Assembly: GCA_035390665.1 (NCBI GenBank)
Contig: DAOOUC010000001.1
Span: 60,001 to 92,000 of the forward strand
Length of the DNA stretch: 32,000 nt
Direction of reading: 5' to 3'
Source of the DNA: an archaeon
GTDB taxonomy: Archaea > Iainarchaeota > Iainarchaeia > Iainarchaeales > CSSED10-239
A program made the translations under genes and the position numbers. Each line of letters starts with the position of its first letter. The stretch's first letter is position 1. Shown piece by piece: positions 1 through 8,521 of this stretch. The notes beneath the pieces are model-generated. The model saw only the letters and a list, made by a program, of their open reading frames with translations, was not told the DNA's origin and made no database searches.

Positions 1-1014
1 CTCGGAATTTTCTAAAAAAGAGGAAATTGTGGTTGTGCTTTTTAACTCTGGAATTTCTTGATTTGAAAAAATTTTATTTAATTCTTCTTTTAATTGACTA
101 ATGAAAACAAATTCGTTTTGAATTCTTATTGTTCTTTTTTTCGGGTGCACATTAATATCTAACGATTTAGAATCCAAATCAAAGAAAAGAACAAAAAATG
201 GTTTTTGCTGAATCATCAAATAATCTTTATATGCCTCGGCGATTTGCTTGTTTATTTGTGGACTAAAAACAGGTCTTTTATTTATATATAAAAAATTATT
301 TGGAAAATAAAAATAATTAGTTGGTTTACATAGAATACCTGATAATTTAAATATTTTATTTTCTATATTTAGTGTGATTGTTTTAGAGACTATGTCTTTA
401 CCAAAAACTTGAATATACCTGCCAACGCTTGTTGTTCTTGGAAAAATTTCATTTTTCTTTTCAGAAATAAATTGAAATTTAATGTCTGGATTTAATAATA
501 CAAATTCCAAAAAAGTATTGTAGATTTTTGAAAATTCAGTAAAAAGAGATCTTAAGAATTTCTTTCTTACCGGGATATTATAAAATAAATCTTTAACTAT
601 TATTGTTGTGCCTCTAGAAAAAGGTATTTCTTTTATTGAATTATTTTCTAAAATATACCCTATTCCATCTTCATTATCAGAACTTTGTATTTTTAATTTA
701 CTTACTGTGTTAATACTTGATAATGCTTCTCCTCTAAATCCAAAAGTTTCTATTGAATAAAGATCATCTATTTTTTCTAATTTGCTTGTCGCATGTCTTT
801 CTATTGTTAATGGTAAATCTTCTTTAGATATGCCTGTTCCATCATCCTTTATTTCAATTAAATCTATTCCTGAATTCTTTATTGATAAAGTTATTGATTT
901 TGCTTTTGCATCAATTGCATTTTCAATTAATTCTTTGATTATGTCTGCAGGACACTCTATTACTTCTCCTGCACTAATTAAATTAATTGTTTCTTTTTCT
1001 AGTTTTTTTATCAT
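1..1014 (-). CDS. mutL: DNA mismatch repair protein MutL, N-terminal ATPase part (gene runs off the window start)
   Basis: Absent from the ORF track because it has no stop inside the window. Hand translation of the minus strand from the ATG (complement of 1012..1014) gives MIKKLEKETINLISAGEVIECPADIIKELIENAIDAKA. Further on it gives ETFGFRGEALSSI. Both are classic MutL GHKL-ATPase motifs. Codons checked at both ends (961..1014 and 1..24) agree with a single frame (1014 nt = 338 codons); the middle was read only quickly. The start lies 6 nt after the mutS stop. Confidence 0.88.
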   Translation of the reverse strand, partial: MIKKLEKETINLISAGEVIECPADIIKELIENAIDAKAKSITLSIKNSGIDLIEIKDDGTGISKEDLPLTIERHATSKLEKIDDLYSIETFGFRGEALSSINTVSKLKIQSSDNEDGIGYILENNSIKEIPFSRGTTIIVKDLFYNIPVRKKFLRSLFTEFSKIYNTFLEFVLLNPDIKFQFISEKKNEIFPRTTSVGRYIQVFGKDIVSKTITLNIENKIFKLSGILCKPTNYFYFPNNFLYINKRPVFSPQINKQIAEAYKDYLMIQQKPFFVLFFDLDSKSLDINVHPKKRTIRIQNEFVFISQLKEELNKIFSNQEIPELKSTTTISSFLENSE

Positions 1015-1020
1015 AATTTA

Positions 1021-3471
1021 TCAATCATCTTTTTGATTCAAGCTAGATTTTATTATTTTACCAGGGGTTTTAAGAAAAGAGTCATTTTCTAAATCCCTTT
1101 GAATTACCTGTGCTTTTTCTATTATTTCTTTGTTGATCCCTGCAAGCCTTGCAACCTGTAAACCGTAACTTTTGTTTATTCCGCCCTTTTGAAGCTTATG
1201 ATAGAAATGAAGAGAATCTCCTTCTTCTTTTGCAGTTACATGGAAATTATTTATTCCTGCATATATCTCTTCCATTTTGTTTAATATGTGATAGTGTGTT
1301 GCAACAAGAGATTTACATTGTGTTTTGTTATTTAGATAATCTACTATTGACCAGGCTATACTTATACCATCAAAAGTACTTGTTCCTCTTCCAACTTCAT
1401 CTAAAATTACAAGGCTGTTTTTTGTTGCATTATTAATAATATAAGCAACTTCTGACATCTCTACTAAAAACGTACTTTGCCCTCTTGAAATATCGTCTGA
1501 TGCTCCGATTCGTGTAAATATGCCGTCTATTTTTCCGATTTTGGCAAAAGACGCCGGTATAAAAGAACCAGTGTGTCCAAGAATTAGTGCAATACACACA
1601 CTTCGCATATAACTACTTTTGCCAGCCATATTTGGACCAGTAATAATCATTGTTCTATTATTAGAATCTAATACACAATCATTTGGTATAAATGAAGTTT
1701 GTTGCTCAATTAAAGGGTGCCTTAAATCTTTTAAGATTAATTCGTCAGTATGTGTGTGTTCTGGAGAGATATAATCGTATTGATTACCAATAAATGCAAA
1801 AGAAAAATATTCGTCTAAAGAGCCAAGTAATGTTGCTGTCTTTTTAATCTCTTCTTGATGAATTATTATTTGCTTACAAACGTCTGTAAAAATATTAAAT
1901 TCTAATTCTTCTCTTCTTTCTTTTGCGTGTAACACCATAGATTCTTTTTCACTTAATTCTTTGGTGGTGTATCTTTCACAATTAACTAAAGTTTGCTTTC
2001 TGTCAAGATAGTCAGGAATATTTGTTGTTTGAGCTTTTGGTATTTCTATGTAATATCCAAAAATTTTATTAAATTTTAACTTTATAGATTTAATATTTGT
2101 CTTTTGTTTTAATTCTGCTTCATATTCTAATAGCCAGGAATTTGTTGTTTTATTAATATTAACTAAATCAAAAAGCTCTTTAGAAAAACTTGGTTCAATA
2201 AAGCCCCCTTCTCTTACACTTATTGGCGGCTCATTAATAATTGCAGAATCAATTAATTCTACAACTGCATTTAAATTAGATAGGTTGTTTCTTATTTCTT
2301 GTAATTTAATTGATTCGGTTTCTTTTAATATTACTCTTAGGTTTGGAAGAACTTCCAGACTTTGTTTTAAAGCAATTAAATCTCTTGGATTTGCATTTCC
2401 AAATCCTATTTTACTTATGATCTTGTCTAAATCACCAATATAAGATAATTGCTGCTTTAATTCCTCAATAATAAACACATTTTCTTTAATTGCTTTTACT
2501 GCTTCATTAATTTTTATTATTTCTTCTTTGTTTGTTAATGGGTGCAATAAATCAAAATACAATTTTCTATAGCCCATTGCCGTTCTTGTTTCGTTAATTA
2601 AATCAAATAAACTATTTTTTTGTTGTTTATCTCTTATATTAGAAACAAGTTCTAAATTATTTACGGTCTTATTATCTAATCTTATAAATTTGTTAAGATT
2701 GTATTGTTTTATTTCAGAAATATATTTAAGATCAGAAAATTGCGTATCTTTAAGATATTTTAATGCATTATAAGAAGAAAGAATTATTTCATTTTTGTCT
2801 ACTAATCCAAAAGCAGCTAAAGATTTAGTATTGAAATGCTCTAATAATTTATTTGCGGATTGTGCAACATCTTGATTATCGGTGTAATTTATAATTACGT
2901 TTGGAATTGTTCTTTTAATATTTTCAATTATACTAAAATCATTTAAAATATTTTTAGATAAAATAATTTCTTTTGGTTTTATTAAAAGAAGCTCATTTAA
3001 TATTTCGTTAAAATTATCAAAAGAATTAATTTTGAATTCTCCTGTTGTTATATCTACTAGAGAAAAACCAAATAATTCTTTTAATTTAACAATAGAACAA
3101 AGATAATTATTTTCATAACTGTCTGTAAATAGTGTGCTTGGTGTGATTATTCTTGTTACTGCTCTTTTTACTAATCCTTTTGCAAGCTTTGGATCTTCTA
3201 TTTGTTCGCAGATAATTACTTTCTTCCCGTATTTTATTAATTTTGTAATATATGGATCAATAGAATGATATGGAATTCCTGCAAGCGGTGCTTCTGTTTC
3301 TCCTTTGCCTCTTTTTGTTAAAGTAATGTTTAATAATTGAGAAGCAATTTTAGCATCATCGTAGAACATCTCATAGAAATCCCCTGCTCTAAATAATAAT
3401 ATTCCATCTGGGTATTCTTTTTTAGTTTCCAGATATTGTTTCATCATTGGGGTTAGATTTTGTTTTTCCAT
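1021..3471 (-). CDS. mutS: DNA mismatch repair protein MutS (bacterial MutS1 type)
   Basis: Tracked ORF 1021..3525. It contains GDFYEMF (the Phe-X-Glu mismatch-recognition motif), Walker A GPNMAGKS and Walker B LVILDEVGRGTS. The start is placed at Met19 (MEKQNLTPMMKQY, ATG complement of 3469..3471) because the first 18 codons of the ORF overlap tRNA-Phe. Confidence 0.92.
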   Translation of the reverse strand: MEKQNLTPMMKQYLETKKEYPDGILLFRAGDFYEMFYDDAKIASQLLNITLTKRGKGETEAPLAGIPYHSIDPYITKLIKYGKKVIICEQIEDPKLAKGLVKRAVTRIITPSTLFTDSYENNYLCSIVKLKELFGFSLVDITTGEFKINSFDNFNEILNELLLIKPKEIILSKNILNDFSIIENIKRTIPNVIINYTDNQDVAQSANKLLEHFNTKSLAAFGLVDKNEIILSSYNALKYLKDTQFSDLKYISEIKQYNLNKFIRLDNKTVNNLELVSNIRDKQQKNSLFDLINETRTAMGYRKLYFDLLHPLTNKEEIIKINEAVKAIKENVFIIEELKQQLSYIGDLDKIISKIGFGNANPRDLIALKQSLEVLPNLRVILKETESIKLQEIRNNLSNLNAVVELIDSAIINEPPISVREGGFIEPSFSKELFDLVNINKTTNSWLLEYEAELKQKTNIKSIKLKFNKIFGYYIEIPKAQTTNIPDYLDRKQTLVNCERYTTKELSEKESMVLHAKERREELEFNIFTDVCKQIIIHQEEIKKTATLLGSLDEYFSFAFIGNQYDYISPEHTHTDELILKDLRHPLIEQQTSFIPNDCVLDSNNRTMIITGPNMAGKSSYMRSVCIALILGHTGSFIPASFAKIGKIDGIFTRIGASDDISRGQSTFLVEMSEVAYIINNATKNSLVILDEVGRGTSTFDGISIAWSIVDYLNNKTQCKSLVATHYHILNKMEEIYAGINNFHVTAKEEGDSLHFYHKLQKGGINKSYGLQVARLAGINKEIIEKAQVIQRDLENDSFLKTPGKIIKSSLNQKDD

Positions 3472-3500
3472 CTGCTTTTCTCTTTGTTTAAAAAAAGTTA

Positions 3501-3574
3501 TGAGATCGGTGGGATTTGGACCCACGACACATAGGTCTTCAGCCTATTGCTCTCCCAGGCTGAGCTACGATCTC
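3501..3574 (-). tRNA. tRNA-Phe (anticodon GAA)
   Basis: The reverse complement folds as a cloverleaf. Acceptor stem GAGAUCG/CGAUCUC, D-arm AGCUCAGCCUGGGAGAGC, anticodon stem AUAGG/CCUAU with loop CUGAAGA, T-arm GUGGGUCCAAAUCCCAC. No CCA is encoded. Confidence 0.9.
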
Positions 3575-3586
3575 ATTAGAGAAATT

Positions 3587-3660
3587 TGAGCCCGATGGGA
3601 TTTGAACCCACGACACCAAGATTAAGAGTCTTGTGCTCTACCAAGCTGAGCTACGAGCCC
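3587..3660 (-). tRNA. tRNA-Lys (anticodon CUU)
   Basis: Reverse complement begins GGGCUCGUAGCUCAGCUUGGUAGAGCA. Anticodon stem CAAGA/UCUUG with loop CUCUUAA, T-loop GGGUUCAAAUCCC. The acceptor stem has two G-U pairs. Confidence 0.88.
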
Positions 3661-3674
3661 AAACTACATTATTC

Positions 3675-3748
3675 TGAACCTGGAGGGATTTGAACCCTCG
3701 ACACCGGGATTAAAAGTCCCGTGCTCTACCAAGCTGAGCTACAGATCC
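3675..3748 (-). tRNA. tRNA-Lys (anticodon UUU)
   Basis: Reverse complement begins GGAUCUGUAGCUCAGCUUGGUAGAGCA. Anticodon stem CGGGA/UCCCG with loop CUUUUAA, T-arm GAGGGUUCAAAUCCCUC. Confidence 0.88.
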
Positions 3749-3810
3749 ATAATATTTTCTTTGGTCGAATAACAATAGCTTATTTAATTAAATAGGATAA
3801 TATAATATTT

Positions 3811-4353
3811 ATGACTCAAAATGTTTATAAACTTACTATCTTAAGATTAGATCACCGTCCTTTTAGAGATAAACGAATAACCACACATTGTGCTTTAGTT
3901 TCTAGGGCTTTTGGGGCTAAAAAATTTTATTTTTCTGGGGTTGAAGATAATACTATATTAGAAGTTTTAGAAAAAATTAAAGCAAAATGGGGCGGGGATT
4001 TTGAAATGGAATTTATTGAAGAACCTTTAGAATTTGTTAAAAGTTTTAAAGAAAACAACGGAGTTGTTATACATTTGACAATGTATGGTAAAAATATTGT
4101 TGATGAAATAGAATCTATTAAAAAAATCACAAATAAAGAAATATTATTAATTGTCGGTGGTTCTAAGGTTCCAAAAGAATACTATGAACTTGCAGATTAT
4201 AATGTGGCTATTGGAAATCAACCACACAGTGAAGTTTCTGCTCTTGGTATAATCTTATATATGCTTGATAATAATTGTCTTATAAAAGAATTCAAAGATA
4301 CTAAGATTAAAATAATTCCAAGTAACACTTATAAAAAAGTAATTAATTTATAA
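3811..4353 (+). CDS. tRNA (cytidine56-2'-O)-methyltransferase aTrm56 (SPOUT family)
   Basis: The 180-aa ORF carries LRLDHRPFRDKRITTHCALVSRAFGA, VIHLTMYG and ELADYNVAIGNQPHSEVSAL. As I recall the archaeal aTrm56 family, these match almost motif for motif. Confidence 0.8.
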   Translation: MTQNVYKLTILRLDHRPFRDKRITTHCALVSRAFGAKKFYFSGVEDNTILEVLEKIKAKWGGDFEMEFIEEPLEFVKSFKENNGVVIHLTMYGKNIVDEIESIKKITNKEILLIVGGSKVPKEYYELADYNVAIGNQPHSEVSALGIILYMLDNNCLIKEFKDTKIKIIPSNTYKKVINL

Positions 4354-4408
4354 GTAGTTTGGTACTTAATTATATTATAATTCTAATTTCTGAAAAGAGG
4401 GGTAAACT

Positions 4409-4987
4409 GTGAGTCTTAATAAATTAAAAAAAGAAATACTACTTGATAAAACAACAAAACAGCATTTAGAACAAATCGCTGGTCCTTTGGCTCCAGAAAT
4501 TATTAAAATATATGATGCTGAAAAAACATTTTCCCCAGAAGAAATTGCTGCTAAATTAAAAAAAAAAATTACAAATATTAGATCTACATTAAATAGCCTA
4601 CATTACAGAGGAATTGCTTGTTATAAGAAAGTTAGAAATCAAAATAATATGTTTGAGTTTTATTGGGAAATAAAGTTCAAAAAAATCATAGAAATTATTA
4701 TTGAAAGTGAATTAGAAACCTTAAAACAATTAGATGAACAAATAAATCAACAACAAGGAAGAGATTATTTCTTTTGCCCTAAAAAATGCATAGAAGCTCC
4801 TTTTGAAGTAGCTGCTGCTTATAATTTTAGGTGCCCTAATTGTGATAAACCGCTTGAGATGCAAGATTCTAAAAAATCAAATGAACAACTTAAGAAAAAG
4901 AAGACGCAAATTACTAAAACCGTAAAAAGATTACAAGAAATACTTGGTAAAATTGAAGACAAAACCACAGGATATATCTGCGATTAA
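4409..4987 (+). CDS. tfe: Transcription factor E (TFE-alpha, TFIIE-alpha homologue)
   Basis: The 192-aa ORF has an N-terminal winged-helix region (EEIAAKLKKKITNIRSTLNSLHYRGIACYKK) and a zinc ribbon (CPKKC...CPNC). It has a GTG start preceded by a GAGGGG Shine-Dalgarno-like motif. Confidence 0.78.
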   Translation: MSLNKLKKEILLDKTTKQHLEQIAGPLAPEIIKIYDAEKTFSPEEIAAKLKKKITNIRSTLNSLHYRGIACYKKVRNQNNMFEFYWEIKFKKIIEIIIESELETLKQLDEQINQQQGRDYFFCPKKCIEAPFEVAAAYNFRCPNCDKPLEMQDSKKSNEQLKKKKTQITKTVKRLQEILGKIEDKTTGYICD

Positions 4988-5115
4988 AATTTTCTTTTTT
5001 TATTTTAATGAATACATTTTATTTATATAAGTTTTGTATTATATATATATTATAACCTTCAAGAATTTCTTTATTTAAAATTACATAATTAATTTATTTT
5101 ATATAAAAAAATAAT

Positions 5116-5190
5116 AGCGGGGTGGGGCAGTCTGGAGTGCCCGTCGGGCTCATAACCCGAAGGTCGATGGTTCAAATCCATCCTCCGCTA
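5116..5190 (+). tRNA. tRNA-Met (anticodon CAU), initiator type
   Basis: AGCGGGGUGGGGCAGUCUGGAGUGCCCG, then anticodon stem UCGGG/CCCGA with loop CUCAUAA, then T-arm GAUGGUUCAAAUCCAUC. It has the A1:U72 pair and three consecutive G:C pairs closing the anticodon stem, the archaeal initiator signature. Confidence 0.88.
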
Positions 5191-5427
5191 TTTTCTAATT
5201 TCTTAAAATTATTATTCTATAAATTGATTATTTCTATTAAAAAATATTTGATGAAAAACACTAAATCTTGGACAAATTTAGATAATAATTCGAGGACTTA
5301 AATTTTAGTTAATATCCCTTAAAATTACTTTATTTTATAAATTAAGACATTTAATCTAATTAAAAACACAAATGGGGTTTTTTTACCTATTAAATTAAAA
5401 TTAAACAGATTTAATTGCTTTTTTATC

Positions 5428-5626
5428 TGGTAATTACTAAAAATTAATGGTAATTACTACTAATTTTTTACGTAATTACTTATATAAAAATTTAGTTTAT
5501 ACATAATAATAATTATAATATGTCTTATAAAAATAATCTCTACATAGTAATTACTGTAATGACCAAAACAAGGCAATTATAATTACTGTAATTACCAATC
5601 TATTTATAATAATTACGGTAATTACT
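5428..5626. repeat. Array of the 8-bp palindrome GTAATTAC: 6 perfect copies and 3 one-mismatch copies, ending 11 nt before the ATG of ORF 5637
   Basis: Perfect copies at 5430, 5450, 5472, 5547, 5588 and 5618. The 12-mer TGGTAATTACTA occurs exactly twice (5428 and 5448). Three composite 17-bp sites have the form [G/A]TAATTAC-N-GTAAT[T/G]AC, at 5547..5563, 5579..5595 and 5609..5625. Confidence 0.85.
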
Positions 5627-5636
5627 ATATTATAGT

Positions 5637-6182
5637 ATGAGCAATCTATTTACCAAATTATTATCTAAATTAGGAATAATTAAAGACAAAAAAAAAGATA
5701 ATAATTATACAAAAACTTATGAAGAAACTATTAAACAAAATGATAATCATACAAATAATTTAACCAATCTAAAATACAATTACGAAAACAATCAAACACA
5801 GTCTAATCAGAAAATAATAGAACAACAACCCACATTAAATTATAATCAAAATATAAATTCTAAAATTGAAATTAAAGAAACAACAAAGATTTATGACATA
5901 ACGAGAATTGATAAAACAAAAATAAATACTATTTGGGATATAATAAAAGCAAAAGAAAATACACAAGCAGAACACATATTAAATTGTCTCCCTGAAGATC
6001 AATGGATTGATATGGAAGAATTAAAACAAAGAATTAAACTTCAATATAATATAGAATACCAAAATGAGAAAAGTTTATATCCTTACATAAAAACATTAAC
6101 TGATATTAATCTTATAAAACTAAATAATGCAGGAAAGAAAAGAACTTGGAAGAAAAATATTATTTTGATTGAAAAAGAATAA
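5637..6182 (+). CDS. Hypothetical protein: Asn/Gln-rich N-terminal half and a possible C-terminal winged helix
   Basis: The 181-aa ORF sits directly behind the palindrome array. The C-terminal roughly 90 aa (INTIWDIIKAKE..WIDMEELKQRI..SLYPYIKTLTDINLIKLNNAGKKRTWKK) has a helix-helix-helix-wing pattern. No family was recognised. Confidence 0.45.
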   Translation: MSNLFTKLLSKLGIIKDKKKDNNYTKTYEETIKQNDNHTNNLTNLKYNYENNQTQSNQKIIEQQPTLNYNQNINSKIEIKETTKIYDITRIDKTKINTIWDIIKAKENTQAEHILNCLPEDQWIDMEELKQRIKLQYNIEYQNEKSLYPYIKTLTDINLIKLNNAGKKRTWKKNIILIEKE

Positions 6183-6198
6183 TTTATTAATTAAAAAA

Positions 6199-6900
6199 TT
6201 AGATGATATTTTCTTTTTCATCTTGTTTGATTTCTTCTTGTTCTTTTATACTGTTATTAACTATAATTGTATTAACATTATTTGGATTCTTAATATTATT
6301 AAATTTATCCTTAATAATATTTATTTTATTTATAAAATCTAAAATTAATTCAGATTTATTTTTGCATTTAACAAACCAATCACTTGAAATAATATTATTT
6401 AATTTATTTATTAAATTATCTTTATTTGCTTTTTTGTATTTAGATAAATATTCTACATCATTAATAATTAAATCTAATTCATTAATTAATTTATTATTAT
6501 TACCATCTATAGAAATAATATAATAATTATTAATAAAATCTTCAATACATTTAATTATTTCAATATCATTTATTTCAACTTTATCTATTGTATACTCTAT
6601 AGAATAATCTCCTTTTTCTCTAAAATTATGAGTTGTACTTTTACCTGTATTAAAAAAATTAATTAATTTGTGCTCTGTATTAATTGGAAGAATTAAACAA
6701 TTCTTACCTGGTCTTAAATAAGGTAAATCTTCTATTACCCCTTTTCTATGATATTGATATACTTGCTTATTCTTTTTTGTAACATTTTGAGTGTACCCAT
6801 AAATAGATCTAAAGACTTTTTGATAAAGATAAGAACTATGTTTTATATTATTATTAAATATAAACTTATATTTTATATAATTAGATATAATTTTATCCAT
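6199..6900 (-). CDS. Hypothetical protein (ORFan, Asn/Ile/Lys-rich)
   Basis: The 233-aa ORF is convergent with ORF 5637, with 16 nt between the stops. No recognisable motifs. It is a long open frame in a stop-rich AT context. Confidence 0.45.
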   Translation of the reverse strand: MDKIISNYIKYKFIFNNNIKHSSYLYQKVFRSIYGYTQNVTKKNKQVYQYHRKGVIEDLPYLRPGKNCLILPINTEHKLINFFNTGKSTTHNFREKGDYSIEYTIDKVEINDIEIIKCIEDFINNYYIISIDGNNNKLINELDLIINDVEYLSKYKKANKDNLINKLNNIISSDWFVKCKNKSELILDFINKINIIKDKFNNIKNPNNVNTIIVNNSIKEQEEIKQDEKENII

Positions 6901-7135
6901 ATAGACACCCCATACTTCTTGTATTGATTATTATAATAATAATAAATAATAGTTATGTATAATATATAATATAATATATATATTAATTATTATATTATTA
7001 TTTAAATTTTACTTTAATTATAATTATGTATAATCTTTATTTAAAGCTTTCTATAAAAAAAGTTATAAACTATTACAAGAACTAAAGGGTATGTGTATTT
7101 AATTTAAATAAAAAAATAGAAAAAGAAAAATTTAT

Positions 7136-7501
7136 TTATCTTCTTCCTGCTGTTGAATATTTACTTTTATATCCAATATATTTCTTTCTAATCTTTGAAT
7201 CGTAGCTGTTGTCTGGTTCATCTGAAACAGGTTCTCTAACTACTTCCCTTTCAGCTACTGGAACATTACCTGAGTTAATTAAGATAATATCATCAACTGA
7301 TATAACCTTCTTATAAGGTATACTATGTTCTGTCATTATTTTTTTAGCTTCTTTCTTTGAACTTACTTTTAATGGTTGAGTTGTAATAGTTTCAATTATA
7401 CCTGATTCTAAGTTAACAACTAAATCATAAACCTTGCCTCTATAAGTTGCATTTGTTTCGTATAAGTCCATACCGAAAAGTTTTGATATTCTCATTGTCA
7501 T
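7136..7501 (-). CDS. PRC-barrel domain protein
   Basis: The 121-aa ORF begins ISKLFGMDLYETNATYRGKVYDLVVNLESGIIETI, typical of archaeal PRC-barrel proteins. A strong GGAGG Shine-Dalgarno motif (complement of CCTCC at 7513..7517) precedes the ATG. Confidence 0.72.
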   Translation of the reverse strand: MTMRISKLFGMDLYETNATYRGKVYDLVVNLESGIIETITTQPLKVSSKKEAKKIMTEHSIPYKKVISVDDIILINSGNVPVAEREVVREPVSDEPDNSYDSKIRKKYIGYKSKYSTAGRR

Positions 7502-7666
7502 GTTTAATCTTTCCTCCGAATATTAAATATTATTTTAAGTATACTAAAAGGTTATACAAAGGGTTTATATATGTTACTATTTAAATAAGTAAATTTTAAG
7601 TTATTTTAAGTTGTTTTTTCAAACCACAGAAATATGTGAATACAGGAAGTGTAGGGGTATAAATCT

Positions 7667-8521
7667 CTATTTATTAATATTATCTAAAGGATTTACAATT
7701 TCTTTAAGTTTGTTGGTATTAACCTTTGTATATATTTGAGTAGTATTAAGATTTGCGTGTCCCAAAAGTTGTTGAATATATCTAATATTAACGTCATTTT
7801 CTAAAAGACTTGTTGCAAATGAATGCCTAAGCTTATGTGGGCTAATCTTTTTTGTAATTCCTGCTTTACTTGCAGAAATTTTTAAAAATTTTTGAATAGT
7901 ATCAACTGATAATGCTTTACCACTATCAGAGCAAAATAAATATTCTGATTTAATTTTTTTTCCTCTTTCTTCTAAATATTTTTTATAATCTTCTACCCAT
8001 TTTTTAGATAATATAATTATTCTATCTTTATTTCCTTTTCCACCAATAACATTTCCTGTGTGTTCTTCAAAATTAAGATCAGTAATCTTCATATTTACAC
8101 ATTCCGATACTCTAACACCAGTAGAGAACATGAATTCTATTATTAGTTTATTTCTATAATTAGCAGTATTTTCAATTAAATCAACAATTTCTTTAGGTGT
8201 TAAAACAATAGGAATTTTCTTAGCTTTCTTTGGTAATTTAATATCTATAATTAAATTTAATTTTAAAAATTCTTTATAAAAATGTTTAATAGCAGAAAGT
8301 ACAAGATTCATTGTAGCGGAACCTGATTTTTTCTCTTGCTTTAAATAAGATAGAAATGAAACAACATCATCAGAATTAACTTCTTTTAAATCTTTTTTAA
8401 CATGTTCTGAAAATATATTTAAATAAATTAAGTAAGTTTCAATTGTTTTTTGACTATAACCTACAATATTTAGTTCATTTTCGAATTTTTTAAGAAGTTC
8501 TTTGTTTTTTTCTTCTATCAT
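7667..8521 (-). CDS. xerA: Tyrosine recombinase, XerA/XerC/XerD family
   Basis: The 284-aa ORF has an N-terminal SAM-like core-binding domain (GYSQKTIETYLIYLNIF). The catalytic domain carries TGVRVSE (Arg I) and HKLRHSFATSLLENDVNIRYIQQLLGHANLNTTQIYTKV (His-x-x-Arg, His, Tyr nucleophile). Confidence 0.85.
   Translation of the reverse strand: MIEEKNKELLKKFENELNIVGYSQKTIETYLIYLNIFSEHVKKDLKEVNSDDVVSFLSYLKQEKKSGSATMNLVLSAIKHFYKEFLKLNLIIDIKLPKKAKKIPIVLTPKEIVDLIENTANYRNKLIIEFMFSTGVRVSECVNMKITDLNFEEHTGNVIGGKGNKDRIIILSKKWVEDYKKYLEERGKKIKSEYLFCSDSGKALSVDTIQKFLKISASKAGITKKISPHKLRHSFATSLLENDVNIRYIQQLLGHANLNTTQIYTKVNTNKLKEIVNPLDNINK

Noticed and set aside
3472-3525. N-terminal 18 codons (MGPNPTDLITFFKQREKQ) of the tracked mutS ORF
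   Set aside because: This stretch is the complement of the tRNA-Phe 3' half (3501..3574). Canonical MutS begins at the internal MEKQNLTPMMKQY, so the extension is an ORF-calling artefact.
5071-5108. TATA-like boxes (TTATTTAAAA at 5071..5080, TTTTATATAAAA at 5097..5108) upstream of tRNA-iMet
   Set aside because: In DNA this AT-rich, TATA-like strings are everywhere. Neither sits at a convincing distance from the mature tRNA 5' end, so no promoter call is made.
5428-5626. Possibility that the GTAATTAC repeats are a CRISPR array
   Set aside because: The repeats are only 8-17 bp, palindromic and irregularly spaced (20-75 bp). No cas genes are present, so this is not CRISPR architecture.
6199-6900. 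Cas2/VapD-like beta-alpha-beta layout at the N-terminus of the 233-aa ORFan (YKFIFNN...SYLYQKVFRSIYGYTQNV)
   Set aside because: This is only a vague secondary-structure-pattern resemblance. There are no conserved catalytic residues and no CRISPR context, so it is not reportable as an annotation.
6900-7135. Extremely AT-rich low-complexity tract with a repeated TTATGTATAAT (6953 and 7024), considered as a replication origin or DNA-unwinding element
   Set aside because: There are no ORB-like inverted repeats and no orc1/cdc6 gene nearby. An 11-mer recurring in A/T low-complexity sequence is not compelling, so this is most simply a divergent/terminator intergenic region.
7505-7520. TCCTCCG shared with the 3' end of tRNA-iMet (5181..5188), considered as a possible attR direct repeat
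   Set aside because: It is only 7 nt long, and it is simply the complement of the GGAGG Shine-Dalgarno motif of the PRC-barrel gene. That is insufficient for an att site.
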